This document shows positions 40,982 to 56,752 of a DNA stretch of 64,000 nucleotides, piece after piece. How positions within the stretch are numbered: the first letter of the stretch is position 1; every line of letters begins with the position of its first letter. Made by a program: the position numbers and the translations under genes. The notes beneath the pieces are model-generated. The model was not told the origin of the DNA, did no database searches, and saw only the letters and a list, made by a program, of their open reading frames with translations. Origin of the DNA: Blastocystis sp. Blastoise (Eukaryota; Protista; Bigyra: Opalinata); assembly GCA_039096225.1 (NCBI GenBank), contig JBBPEB010000003.1, positions 682,001 to 746,000 on the forward strand. Reading direction: 5' to 3'.

Positions 40982-43900
40982 TTATATATGAAGTAAAGAT
41001 TCAATATCAGCTATTGTTAAATTCATATTATTTGATTTCGATAACTCTGTTTCATTCTGAAGATAGCATTGTTTTTTATTTTGTGATATTTGAATTCTAT
41101 ATATAATAATAATAATATATATTATATAAATTAATTCTATATACATAATATTTTCAATAGTGTCAGTCATAATACAATGATGTATAAATGTATGATATTG
41201 TTGTCCAATTCTATATATACGGCTGATTGCCTGAGCTTCTACAGCTATATATATATATATATTGTTTATATACATGAAGAATAATATATATTTAATAATA
41301 TACAAGAGATAATAATAATAATAATAATATATATTATATGTATACATGGGTTAATAATAGGTTCAAGTAATATAATATGTGTTGCTTCAATTAAATTCAA
41401 TCCATTTGCTCCATAATATAAAGTAGATAATAAAACCTATATATATATATAAATTATTGTATTATTTATATATGAATATCATATTATATAGATACATTAA
41501 TAGATGGATCAGTTTTAAATTTAATTAATGATTTTAAATGACTTGAAGTTAAAACAATATTATTTATATGATTCTCTGATAATATTTGTGATAATAAAAC
41601 AAGTGGTTCATTCCATTGGCTAAAAATAATGATTTTGTTTCCATTATTATGTTTTTTAATCATTTCTTCCTTAATAAAATCTTGTTGATTCTTATATTCA
41701 TTCATATTTACTATTTCATTCCAATATTGTTGTTTATGTATATATAAAGGAAGAGATGTATAAAAGGATGTATATATAATCCTGTTAATAATTAAAAGAA
41801 TACCTTCAAATTTTGTACCATATTTTGATGATACGTTTTGATTTATATGTGGAGAAATATATTGAATCTATACATATATTTATATTGATATTTGGATAAG
41901 AGTATATATAGATATATAAATATACTTCATTCTTTGTAGTTATTTTATTACATAAAGGACATCTATAATTACAAATATATAATATAATATAATATAATAT
42001 AATATATAAATATTTATATACTTGAATGAATTTGCTTTTTTATGTTTAATCCAGTTAAGTAAACAATCAGAACAAAACATGTGTAAGCAAGGTAATAATG
42101 AGCATTCTTCTTTATATTTATCTTGACATATACAACAAATATTTTGTGGATCTGATTCATTTAAAGAAGTAGTAATACGAGATGAAATATTAGTATTGTT
42201 ATTACTATTAGAATTATTCTTATCATTAGCATCTAAATCATTATATTTTATATCATTATATTTATCATTATCTTTATCTTTATCATCATCATTATCTTTA
42301 TCATCATCATTATCATCATTATTATTATCATTATCTTCTTTTTTATATAGAATCAACCTATTCTTAATCTTATCCACACTTTTATTATCATTATCATTAA
42401 TAGTATTACTATCAATTCTATTAATACTATCTTTATCTCTGTTATCCATAATAATATTATCATTATTAATATTTGATGTCGATAAAACTGATGATTTGAA
42501 ATAATGATATTTAACTAATACAGATCTATATATATATAGTAATTTATAATATTATTTTAAAAGCTAAACTAATAATAATAAAGCAAAAAATAATATATAT
42601 ATACTTAAACTCTTGTTGGTTTTCTTTTAATAATAATAAAGTGTCATGAATTCGTTCTTCTATTTCATAAGGATATATTTTATATATAGATTCTAATATA
42701 GTTCGGTTTACCGCGGGAGAAATCATTTGATATCGTGTTTTACATTGTTGAATTTCTTCATAAACACATAATCTTTCATGCTTTATATATATATATATAT
42801 ATATATAGATAATTAAATATATATATAGATATTAATAATATACATATATACTTCCGTTTTCCATAAATATAAAACTTCTTGTTTTTCTTTCTCTAATTTC
42901 TCTAAATTGGAGAAGAATTCTTGAATAACTATATATATAAATATATATACATATACATATATATATAATTATGTATACTTTGAGAATCATATTTATATTT
43001 TTTTGTATAATTATATAATGTTTTTAATATATATATGTAGTAACTGTCTCTATTTAATAAATAATTTCGTGTTAAATTATTTTTCTAAATAATATAAATA
43101 TATATATAAAGCAAAATTGTTAATAATAATAATGATTATATATATTATTATATATACATATATACATTAAGATTAGAGTCAGAATAATGATGGAATAATG
43201 TTTCGTATAAAAGTATCTCTTTATCTAATTCACAAAGATCACATAAATTATATTCAATATCATTTTTAGGGAGTGTTTTACATTTTGGACATAAACTACA
43301 TTGAATTATCTATATATATATATAATAAAAAAGCATATAATATACATTATATAATAAATAAAAAACATATAATATATATTATATATATATATATAGATAT
43401 ATACTAATTGTAATGTTGGTTTTTCACTATATTCAACTAATTTATGATATAAATAATTATGAGAATAAACAATTTTATATGATATTTCGTTCAAATAATC
43501 AAGAATATCACTGAATGTTTGAAATGATGTATGAACATTCATAACTTTTGACATTTCCTACATAAATATATATACATTTATTTAAATAATCATATATTTA
43601 TATACATATAATTCTTTTAAAAATAATAAACTTTCTGTTTCATTTAAACGTAGTTGTTGAAGAGCACGTGACCACCACATGCTCTGAATGAGAGGAGATG
43701 ACGATTTATAGGGTGGCGTTATATTTATATTGGCGGGCAATGGAATACTATTCCTATCACATGATATTGAAGGATATAACGTTAACATAAGACTATTATT
43801 ACTATATACATATATATATATATATTTATTATTATTATTATATATATACTCTTTTTGCGTCTGTGTGAATGTGGAGAACGTTTTTAGTACAAGAATATCA

Positions 43901-44654
43901 TATTTTTGTATATATCTAAAAATATATATATCAATGATATTTAAAAATATATATATATATACATACTTTTGTTCATTATATAAATAAAGTTGTTTATATT
44001 TATATATTTGATATAATAATTTAGATGAATTCAAAGAATTAATATCATTAAGTTCAGAATAATCACGGGAATCCTCAATATTAGTTGAAATATCGATTGC
44101 TTCTTTTATTTTATCTGGGTTGTTATCATTTTTAGTTAAATTATTATACTTTTGTTTATAATAATCTTCCAGTGAACAATATAAATTATAATATGTATGT
44201 ATAATTTGTGATAAATCAGTATTAATCTCTCCTTCTTTTTCTTTATATTGTCTTAATACTTGTATATAATAATAAATACATTGTTTAATATTATTATTTA
44301 AACAATATAATCCTGCTAATGAATTATAAGAAGCGAAGATATTTCTTTGTAACGTCGTACATTCCGTTACCAAGTCATCTGCTAATTTTGTACGGATATC
44401 ATTCATAGATAATGCTTTTCCATAATTATGAATATTTATAGTTTTTCCTATCTATATATAATAGTTATTATTAATATTATAATGTAAATATATATTTGTT
44501 TATTTTTATAATAATAATAGCAACATGAATATATATATATATATATATACCTGTGCATTATCACAGATTTGACGTATTTTCTTGATATAAAATAAAAATA
44601 ATTGTGTTGTTTTTATTGTTAAAGTCTCACCTATATATATATATTTATATTATA

Positions 44655-44693
<39 letters not shown>

Positions 44694-46300
44694 TCTATAT
44701 ATATATATATATATATATACTTTTATTTGTATAATAGAGTTTAGAATATAATTTTTGAAGACTTTCTTTGCATTTTAATTTCGATTTATCATATATATAT
44801 TTCTATATAGTATTCTTTGATATAAAAATAAGAATATTTATTATAAATAATGAATTGAAATAATAAATATATTATTTCAAATATACTATAGAACTTTTAT
44901 TATCTACATATAAATATATATATATATACTTCAACATCATTAAAAGAATATTCATATATAATATTATATTGTTCAGGTATAGAAATAGTCTGATTCCCGT
45001 GAATATCTGTGATTGTTCCTCTCCAAATATATTGTTGAATAAAATTATTTAATAATGAAAATGCAAAAGAACAATTCATTAATAATCTTTTCTATATATA
45101 TATATATATATATATTTATAATAAATAATAATAATAGAACTAACAAATATATACTGCAATAATAATATTATAAAAATCTTGATTTTGTAAGAAGGGTATA
45201 TTTAGAAATTGTATAAGTGTATATATATTCATATTTCCCCTTTTTAATGGTGTTCCAGAAATACCCCATTTATATATACAACAAATTTCATTAAAAATCG
45301 TGGTTATTTCAGAATTTTCTTTAATAACTTGTATTTCATCTGCAATAAGTCTATACCAATGTATATATAATAATGGTGAAGATAAACAACGATATTTGGG
45401 CAATGAACGTGTTTTTAATGGTGATATTGATATAGAACCATAATATTCTTCATGTAATATATCATAACTATATAGAGTAATATATATATATAAATATTAT
45501 TATTCATATAGTCATTTATAATATATATATATATAATTTTTATTTAATATAATAATATATATATATTTTTATACCTAACGAGAATAATATCAAATTTTGA
45601 TAAGCATGATGGATATAATTGATATATATAATTCGAAACATCTATATATATATATATATTATTATTAGATATATATATTTACTTATATTTTTTCTAACTT
45701 TTGTTAATATAGCAGAAACACCTTCGTATATACATATATTTAATGATTTTGTTTGTATATGTTTATCCACTTCTTGTTTCCATTGGTTAATAAGGTTATT
45801 TGGACATATAATTATAGTAGTAGCAGTCTGATGAGAATACTGTAATTGCTCACAAAACATACATATATAATGACTTTTATTATTATTATTATTATAACTA
45901 TTTTGAAGAGGGATTTTTATTGAATTATTCTTTCTACCTCTATATATATTGTTATATATATATAAATATTATATCATTAAATATATAATAATATTATTCT
46001 TATTATATACAAAACACAGTCTTTATGATAATAATAATGACAGCAATGACAATAAATCAATTCTTTTGAATCAGTATTATCTCCACATATACATCTAACT
46101 ATATATATATTATATATATATTTCTATAAATATATATACTTATAGAATCTTCTTTGTCAATATCATCATTAATAGTAACTGATGGAGTTTTGATTTCTTT
46201 TACAGTCCTATAAATATTATAGAATATATGTATATATAAAAATATATATAATGAATAAGAATATGTATTTAATTATAGTTAATTCTATATATATTCTAAA

Positions 46301-46331
<31 letters not shown>

Positions 46332-48211
46332 CAAGGGATGATGAATAAGGAGACTTAATATTTCTAACGTTTTTCCAGATCCCATTTTATCGCATAATAA
46401 TCCACCGCCACTTGAATAATAGGAATTCCCGTGAATATTTTCATCAAAGAGACTAGTATAAATAACAGAAGAGGAAGAAGGCTCAATAGCTGAAGGTGTA
46501 GAAATGGTAGTATTCAATGTATTTATAGGTAATGATTCTATACTAATGGAAGAAGAATTATTTTTATTATCTGAGATATTATTATTATTATTATTATTAT
46601 CTGAGATATTATTCTTATTATTATTATCTTCTCTATATATAGAATCATCTATAGAGACAGTTGGTAAGCATGGATGTATTGATAATGAAGGTATATATCC
46701 TTTATATATATATAATGAGTATGTATCTATATAAAAACAAATAGAGAATTCATTATAAATCCATTGTTTAACACAAGGATATAAAAGAGAACAAGGAAGA
46801 GGTTCAAAAGGTGATGTTGAAATATGGATATTTTCACGGGAAAGAAGCCATTGTAATGCTTGTAATTGATGTATATATAATGTAAATATATGTTAAAGAA
46901 TTAATTATTATTATTATTATTTGATATATAATAATTATAATATATATATATATATATATGGATATGGAGTATGAATAGAATTAGCTTGAATAATTGAGGG
47001 TGTATATATATATTTAGGAATAATATCATATATATATTCGACACCTAGTTCTATATTATTATCTTCATCATCATCTTCTTCTTCTTTATTATCTTGATTA
47101 TTATGAATATTATTTTTATAATCATTATTATTATTGTCTTCTAAAATAATTATATCATTATTTTTATCATTATTCTCATTAGATTCCTGATTGTCCCTGA
47201 AATCATCTGAAAAACATTTATTATTATTTTTATTCATAATAATTTGTATATCATTTTCACTTGATACTGAATCTGTTATGTCATCTTTTACTTTATTATG
47301 TTTATTATTATTATTCATATTATTATTATCTATATATATACATATCATAAATATATAATAAGCATACTATTATAAAAAATTATTATATATATATATACAT
47401 ATCATAAATAAATAATAAACATACTATTATTAAAATTATATATACATATCATAAATAAATAATAAACATACTATTATTACATGTACAATAATCAAGAGGT
47501 TCAAATACAGATGGATAGTTCATGGATAATAATTCTCTTAAACAAATTAAACATTTAGTTTTAAGTCGATATCCAGTAGTAGTAGAATTAATTAATTTTG
47601 AATTTAAAATAACATATATATTATTTTCATAAAAACCAAAAAATAAAAAATTTCTATGTTTAATTATTCCAAATAGTTATATATATAGTTTTTTTTATTT
47701 AGGTAAATGAATTCTATATAATTATATATATATACTTTTTCAAAAGATATAGAAAGGGTTCAATAAATGGAACCAACAAATTTAAAAATTGATTAATGTT
47801 GTTCTTATATAGGGTGATATGATTTGAATTTTCTTCAAAAGTTAGAGTCATTTCTTTTGTGTCCTCATAATAGATTATTTTATATGTCTATAACAATAAA
47901 TATATATAAAAAAAGAAGATAATGAACATAATTTACTGAATTAAAATTGTCTAGATGATTATCAATTGCACATTTAGTTAACATAGGGTCTTCTATAGCA
48001 GATATCATTTGAATATCAATAAGAACCTATAAAGTATTATTCACTTAAAAATATAATGTACATAGTTATCTTCTATAGTTGTTCCATCGACTACTAGACC
48101 CGTTTTCTCTTGTTTAAGACGTTTTCTAGTAATAAATATGTGCTACGATGAGAACAAATACGATGCATTTCTTTTTTTGTTTTGTTTTGGTATATTTCTT
48201 CGAGAGAACAT
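40982..48211 (-). CDS. SHPRH: SHPRH-like SNF2 helicase / PHD / RING E3 ligase
   Basis: HQLQALQWLLSRE, GGLLCDKMGSGKTLE, PHD CICG..CHCC..HKDC, IICPNNLINQWKQEV, HWYRLIADEIQ, C3HC4 RING, GANGLNLIEATH, EAQAISRIYRIGQ. Confidence 0.88.
46882..46965 (-). other. U12-type AT-AC intron (84 nt)
   Basis: 5' ATATCCAT, branch TTCTTTAAC, 3' ATATATTTAC. Removal joins SIHTP|LYIHQLQALQW, restoring the conserved Q-motif; no GT donor is available here. Confidence 0.9.
47335..47478 (-). repeat. Intronic ~50-bp tandem repeat x3
   Basis: TATACATATCATAAATA(T/A)ATAATAA(G/A)CATACTATTAT recurs three times. Confidence 0.8.
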
Positions 48212-49073
48212 CTTCTGATCTTCTGGATTAAATCACTACTTTATGTTTTCAAATTAAATACAAAAAAAGAAACACAAAAATGATTTTTATTCATGAATAA
48301 CGAATATTGTGTTTCATTTACCCAAAATTTTTAAAAGAATTATGAATATTTAAATTTCTTTATTAATTAGATGGATCTTATTGAATTCTTTATATTTAAA
48401 TTATTAAATGTGATTCTATAAAAATTAATCTTTTTCCATAATATGTGTGTATATTATGAATAATTATAAAATGAATAAACACTAATTGTATTTTTATTTT
48501 TGTTGTTTATTTATATAAGGTTTTTAAGATATATTACTTATAACTTTTACACATAAAATAGCAATACTAGAATGTTTAAATTTGCAAAGAAATCTAACAT
48601 TTACAAATTTCTTTTCGTTTTGTGTGTAAAAAAAAATGATGATATAAATACTGTCGATTTTATTGATAATAGTATAAGTTGATATAATTCAAAAAATATG
48701 AACACAACAATCAAAGTACAAACAGCGTAAAACAAATGATTCATCATTAATTATATCTTAAAAAGTATATAGGTAAATAATATATATATATATAATTCTA
48801 TGTAATGTAATAAATAAAGTGAAAAAGAAAAGAATTGTAATAATTTTAATAACAATAAAAACAATATATATATACATATATATATATTAATAATTTATTA
48901 GGGAAAAATGTAAAAAAAAAAGTAGCAATAATTTTTATTTATAAAAAAATGTAAAAAAAAAGAAATGAATAAATTAAAAGAAAAAGAAAAACAAACAGCA
49001 AATAGATTTTGTGATAAAATATAATATAAAAAAATTAATATAATAAATACATATAAATATATTAATATATAAT

Positions 49074-51072
49074 TTAATAAATATTTGAAAGTCCAAATTC
49101 ATAAAGATAATTATTTTCAATAGGATGTTGAATACATTTAAAATATTGAAAACATGCAAATATCAATGATGTATAAACAGATAAGGATTGATTTTGAGTT
49201 TGAATATTATTAATAGAATATTTATTTGATTGTATATTTGTCTCTATATACAATTTAATTTGATTCACTAATTCTTTATCTATAATAATATTATTTAATA
49301 TATATTGACATTCACTAATCATTAATATTTTATAATCACTTTGAAGTATACTATCTTTATCTTTACATGTAGAAGCAATAGTAACAAGATTAATATGAAG
49401 ACGTAATAATTTTAATATAGAAGTATATTTATAATCATTATCATGATAAAATAATAAGGTATAAGGTATAAATAAATTGACTATTTTAACTATATTTACT
49501 TTTATTGTTAAATTATCTATTAATGCATAATATATATTTAAACAAATTTCAAATATATATTTTGTTATTAATATTAATAAATATTTCTGTTCTTTTGTAA
49601 ATATAGTAGGATGAATAGGATAACTACCTGTATTAATAGATTTATATAAAGGACATTCATATATATATTTATATATATCATTTTGTATTAATATTGTTGC
49701 ACCCATTTTATCACGTGATAATTGTGTATATAATTCAAGAATAGAACATAAACTATATATAATTGATATATAATTGATATATAGAAATATATGAATATAT
49801 ATAATTGATATATAGAAATTATATATACATATGAAAATATGCTTTTGCTAATTCATTATCATTTAATAAATTCATATCTGAATTACGAATTACTTGAATT
49901 GTATTCTATATATATATATATAATTAGTATAATATATATAGTTAATTTAATAAATAAATATAATAATATAATAATAATAAATATAATAAACATAATAAAT
50001 ATAATAAATATAATAAATATAATAAATATAATAAATATAATAAATATAATAAATATTATAAATATTATAAATATAATAAAAATAATAAAAATAATAATTA
50101 TATAAATAATATAAAACATATATATACTTCTACAATATGATTCTCTAAGATTTCTCTTAAACATAAAGAATGATATTGTGTTGAAAATGGTAATTGTAAT
50201 AATTTAATTAATAAATAAATAGAAGTAGATTTAGCAAGAGGTATTGAAGTAGTTATATCTTTAGCTAGGATAGAAATAAGTGTAGAGATATGTGATGATA
50301 TTATTGTTAATAACACTGATAATAAAGAAACAGAAGATGGACTATTATCACTTAATACCATTCTATATATATATATATATATATTAAAATAATAAAAAAT
50401 AAATAAATAATAAAAAATATTTATAAAATAATGAATTTTTTTAATTATAATATATAATAAATATTATAAATAATAAAATATAATAATAATTAATTACTAT
50501 ATATATACGTAATAATATTTAATAAAGTACTATAAAGAAAAGAACGAGTAGTAAAACCAGTTTCTGAAGAATTATTATAAACTTTTTCTTGTAAAAATAT
50601 ATCAAAATAATTTGTTAATAGAATACGTAAATCAAATTGACTCATATTATTTGAGTTTTCTTTTAATACATTTGTTAATGATAATAATAATGAAGAAAAT
50701 GGAAATAATGTTTCTTTATTTGTATAAGATATTATTTTCATTTTATTTAATAATAATAATAATATTTCTTTTTGTTGAAAAGATGGACTTAAATTTAATT
50801 TATTTGATTCACTATTTATAAATATATCTTTACATTGAATATAACACATATTATAAAATGAACATAATGTACTAATAAAATAACAACGCGAAGACTCATA
50901 TTCTGTTATATCATTATACTATAAATAAAATAATATTAGATAGAATAATATTAAATAGAATAATATTAAATAGAATAATATTAAATAGAATAATATTAAA
51001 TAGAATATATATATATATATATACTTTAATTGCCCAATTGACTAATCTACTAATATTTTCTTCAGAATCAAC

Positions 51073-51111
<39 letters not shown>

Positions 51112-54100
51112 GTTATTGTTATTATTATTGTTATTATTATTATTATTATTATGTATAGAAGAACGACGAGGAATAGAAGGAATAGAATTTCTATTTTTAT
51201 CTAAATTTGATTTCAGTATTAATCTTAAATGATATAAATCAATTTGTATAAAATTATGGCTTCCGTAAGAACGTTGTATCCATATTGAATCTGGTAAATT
51301 CTATATATATATTATTATTATTATTATTATAAAAAAATATAATAAATATAAATACAAAAAAAATATTAATAAATATAAAAAAAAATATTAATAAATATAT
51401 AAATAATAATATATACACTTAATTCATTAGGTAATTGTAATTCTGGAAATCTATTTTTAATCATTTCATTAAATAGCATATTAATATTTAATTCATCACC
51501 ATTATCATCATAATAATAATTATGGTGATCAAAGAATATAGATATCATAAAATTAGTTAAATGTATATATAATGGTGAAGGTCTATTTAAATAACACATA
51601 ATAAATGAACAGCTACTTATAAGTATAGAAGAACAATAATTATATAATGATATATAATAAGAAGCAGAAGTAGTATTAGAATCAGCTTTATTAAATAACA
51701 TAGGTAATGCTAATAACAATTGGGGTAAGAAATCAATAGAATTAAAAAAGTCACATATTCTTGAAACTAAAAATTTCTATAGATATATAGATAGAATAAT
51801 ATATTGTAAATATATATATATATTATATTGAAATTTAAATAATATAGAATAATATAGAATAATATATAATCATATATAATAATAATAATTATAATAATAA
51901 AAAAATATATATATAATAAAGTTATTATATCTATATATATACATCATGATGGCATAATAATCTACTTAATAATAAACCACATTTTTCAGCATATTCTGGA
52001 TATGCAAGTATAAAACTATTATTAATAAGTAAATTCATAATAGAATATAAACAACTTGAAAAATTATCATTATTATTATTATCTAAACATTTTGAAATAT
52101 TAAAGAAATATAAGCATATATTTGGATATTCTAAATGTATATCTGTTAATAATAAATCTAATATAGCATTAGCTATTTGTATTTCTGTAGAATTATATTC
52201 TGAATATATTTTAGAATCATAAACACAATTTTCTAAATCTAATAATAAATTGGCATATTTTGTTACTATTAATTGGGATATTTCTTCATTTTGTTCAAAA
52301 AATGCTAATAATATTTGTTTATCTTCACTTTTTACTAATCCTTGAAAAACAGATATACTAGCTTTTTGTAAATTAGAATAAGGTAAATGTATAAAATTTA
52401 ATATATTAAATAATATTTGTTTTTCTTCTAATAATATAGATGTTATATTACTCATAGAAGAATAACCATATATAGAAGGTAAAGAAGTATGTATATCAAT
52501 AATATCTTGTGATGTAATTTGTGTTAATAATACAATTAATCTTAATACATTTGATTTCTGTTGAATATTCCATTCATTAGTATCAAATAATGAAGTATCA
52601 AATTGTACTATTTCTAATTCGGATGCATTTATATCAGGTACTATCTTTGTAGGTGCATGAGATGCCATTATGGGATCATCTAAAATATTAAGCAACTATA
52701 TATATTATATTATATATATATGAGATATGTAGAATAGTAATTAGAATCATAAATATATAGAGATATAATAAATAATATAATAAATAATATAATATAATAT
52801 AATATAATAAATAATATAATAAATAAATAATAAATAATAAATAATAAATAATAAATAATAAATAATAAATAATATAATAAATAATAAATAATATAATAAA
52901 TAATATAATAAATAATAAATAATATAATAAATAATATAATAATATAATAAATAATATAATAAACTATATATATATACTTTTTTAAGTATATCTTTTTGAC
53001 CAAGTATTCTATTAATAAGAGCACAAGTAGGACTATTTTTCCATATTGATATATCATTATTTTGTCTTCTTATTAATAAATAACGTTCTATTATAGAAGA
53101 ATATATATTTAAACATATAGAATTAATTTTTTGTTTTTCAAATTTCATATATTCACTATAATAAAATGTATCATTTGATAAAAATATATCATAAGTAATA
53201 TAACCTAAAATACAAAATAAAAATGGACTTTCAAATATATCATCATTATTTATTTCTTTTAATAAACATTCTATACATTCTAAAAATCCAATAGTTGTTT
53301 CATAACAACCTTTTTTCTTTTCTACATTATTTAATTCTAATTTTAATCCATAATTTGGTAAATAAGAAGAGAATGAATAGGAAGGATCAAATAATATATT
53401 CGTTTGATTATTATATATAGATATAGAAGATAAAGAAGAAGAAGTTCGATTATTATTATTCTTCATAAGATTATTAATAGAATTCATAGGATTCATAGAA
53501 TTAATAGAATTTTTATCATTATTATTATTATTATTATTAATAGGAGAATCAGCATATTTTAATAATCCATTTTCCATTTTTTTCCATATAATAACACAAT
53601 ATTCAGGTTTACATAACATTTTCTTTAATATAGAATATAATGATCCTTTAATAAAACTAGCAGTAGGTAAGAATAATAAATGTAATATACTATTTAATAA
53701 TGTATTACCTTCTTTTTCTGTTAATAATTTAAATAAATAAGGTGAATCAAATATAGTAGATATTAAATAGCCAATAGATGCTAAATTATGTATTTCATCT
53801 TCATATTGAAAACGTATAGAATGATCTTTATCTTTAATACATACCATAATATCTTGTTCACATTGTATAAATGCAGAAAAAAATCTAGACCAATTAATTA
53901 ATTCAGAAGGTTGATTTTGAATAAATTGAAATATTTCTATTGAATTAACAATAGAAGTATTTGCAATACATTGTAGAAATCTGACATAATGAGGAAATAA
54001 ATTAGATTCAATTTGACAACGTTCAGATAATATATAACATAATTCAAATATACTATTTCTTTCTTTATTTTGTAAATCTGAAAAATTAATTAAAAATTCT

Positions 54101-56187
54101 GGAACCTGTTTTAATAAATAACTAAATAAATATAATAAATCTTGTAAACAATCAGGTACATTTGCTTTAATAAATGATTTATGCTCATTATCTAATTGTT
54201 CATGATAATAAGAATAACCTACTAATTCACCATATTGAAGTGTCTGAATATTAATATATCTATATATATATATTATTATTATTATTTATTCTATAATTTT
54301 ATTATTATTTATATAATATTATATTATTTATTCTATAATATTATTATTTATTATATAATATTATATTATAATATTATATTATATTATTTATATATTATTA
54401 TATTATTTATATAATATTATTATTTATTCTATAATATTATATCATTTATTCTATAATAATATTCTTAATCTATATATATATATATATACCTAATAAGAAG
54501 TTGATAGATCGAATAGAATATGAAATCACATTGTTCTGTATTTGAATATGATAATAAGCATGCCATTTTATGTAAATTGTAAAAAGGATGTTGTAATAAT
54601 GACTATATATATATACATAATGAATATATATTATTATATTAATTATAATAATAAATAAATCTATATATAACTTAAAAAATTACATAATAATAAATAAAAT
54701 AAAATATTATAAATATACTTTCTCTAGCATTTTTTCCATATTAATAAAAGTAGTTCTATCAATGACAGAATTATGATCTTCCATAAGAATAGAAAAAGCA
54801 AATTGAATAATTCCTTGATAAATATAAACATCTTCATTCTCATTATTAAATAAAGTATATAATGTTTTCATTGTATTTTCATTAAATAATATTTTTTGTT
54901 GATTTTCACCTGTTTGTATATTAATAGTATAACGATCAATATCGAATGATGTCAATAAGCAACATATTAATATATTAATAAATAACATATTACTATGAGA
55001 TGGTTCATAAGAAAATAATAATCTACCTGTCATTTGAAACTCTTTAAAAAATGATATTATTAATTTCCATATTTTTGTTATTAATATATCATCAATCTAT
55101 ATATATATAGAAATAGTAGAACTATAAATTATATTAAATATATTTATTTTTCTTGAATATATTTTTTAAACAATAATATAAATAGAATAATATAAATAGA
55201 ATAATGTAAATAGAATAATATAAATATAATAATATAAATAGAATCACTAAATATATACAATTTGAATATGTATAGCAGAATATAAAGCTAAAGAAGAATA
55301 GAATAAATCATCTTTATAAGAATTATATTGTTTATGTTCATTTAATATAGTTTCCATAAATAAAAGTATATTCTCTATATAATGATGAGATAATATAGTT
55401 TGACATAATTCTTTTAATTCTGGCTTATCATTATTTTCACGATCTTCATCATTCTTTATAAATATTCTTTGAAGAGCCTATTATAGATAATAGTATATGA
55501 TAATATAATATGATAATATAATAATATAATATTAATAATATTAATAATATAATAATATATAATATAATAATATAATAATATAATAATATAATAATATAAT
55601 AATATAATAATATGATATAATACAATAATTTAAAAAAAAAATAAAATAAAAACAAAATAAAACAAAATATAATATAAATAAAAAAATATATATATACTCT
55701 CATTAAACAAATAACACAACGTAAACGTTGAATACGTTCTCTATAATAAAGTGTTCGAGTTATATCTTTAGAAGATTCTGTTCTATAATTCATTATAGAA
55801 TTTCGAACTGAAGGTGTATATGAACCAAAATAAAACTTAGCACATTCAAATTCATTAATATGTAATTCGGAACATAATGAACGTATATCATCTATATCAT
55901 TCTGAGATAATCCTTGATTCTGATCATCAAATATAACAGCACCAACAGTTAGAGAACTACTATATATTAAAATAAAAATAGTAATTTGAAATGAAGTAAA
56001 TTATTTTTTAATACCCATTTGGTAATGGTTCTGGATCTTTATAATTGATATTGTAAATGAATTCTGAATGTTTTTCTAAGAAATCTCTCACAGAAGGTAA
56101 CATTTGTGGATCACAATCACTATTAACGTAGTCATTGATTTTCTCATAAAAATTATGGAAACGCTGACAGTAATTTTCGATATTCAT
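49074..56187 (-). CDS. NUP205: Nuclear pore complex protein Nup205/Nup192-like
   Basis: LCSELHINEFEC..LYYRERIQRLRC and LELNNVEKKKGCYETTIGFLECIECLL; large alpha-solenoid; ~11 exons. Confidence 0.75.
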
Positions 56188-56752
56188 TTTCTTTTGGCAA
56201 TGAAAAGGAAATACGTATTCAATAGTATTTGTTATTCTTTCAAATGAAAATAATTGTGAGAAAAACCAACTTATAAAGAAATAAAATTTTCATGAATATT
56301 TAGAAGAAATTCAGTGTAATTTGAAAATATTTCAAAAATAATATATTGTGGAGAAAAACCATGGTTTTATTATTTCAAATATATTTTTCTTGTTCTACCT
56401 TTCAATATGCAATTTATGTTCATTCTACTTACTCATAACAAATACATATGTTGACTAATATCTAAGTAAATAATATAAAGATCAAGAAGACGTGATGTGA
56501 TTCATTATTATTTTTTTATGTTCTTTTTAATCATAAGTATAATGCTTTTTGATGTATGAAATGTGTTCAAGAGTTGAAAACATCAAATTATTACTTATTT
56601 TCTTAAATATTAAAATTTTGTAAACCAAAAAGTCAATTATGTCATGTTTAAAGAACGTAATTATCTAATATATTGTTTATTTATTCTAAAAGAAATATAA
56701 TAAATAAAAATTAGAAAAAAGATAATCGTAAAAAGTCAAATTCGTTTAACAA

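Noticed and set aside
49975-52960. CRISPR-like arrays in Nup205 introns
   Set aside because: Simple 9-15-bp AT-rich tandem repeats without unique spacers, in a eukaryotic context.
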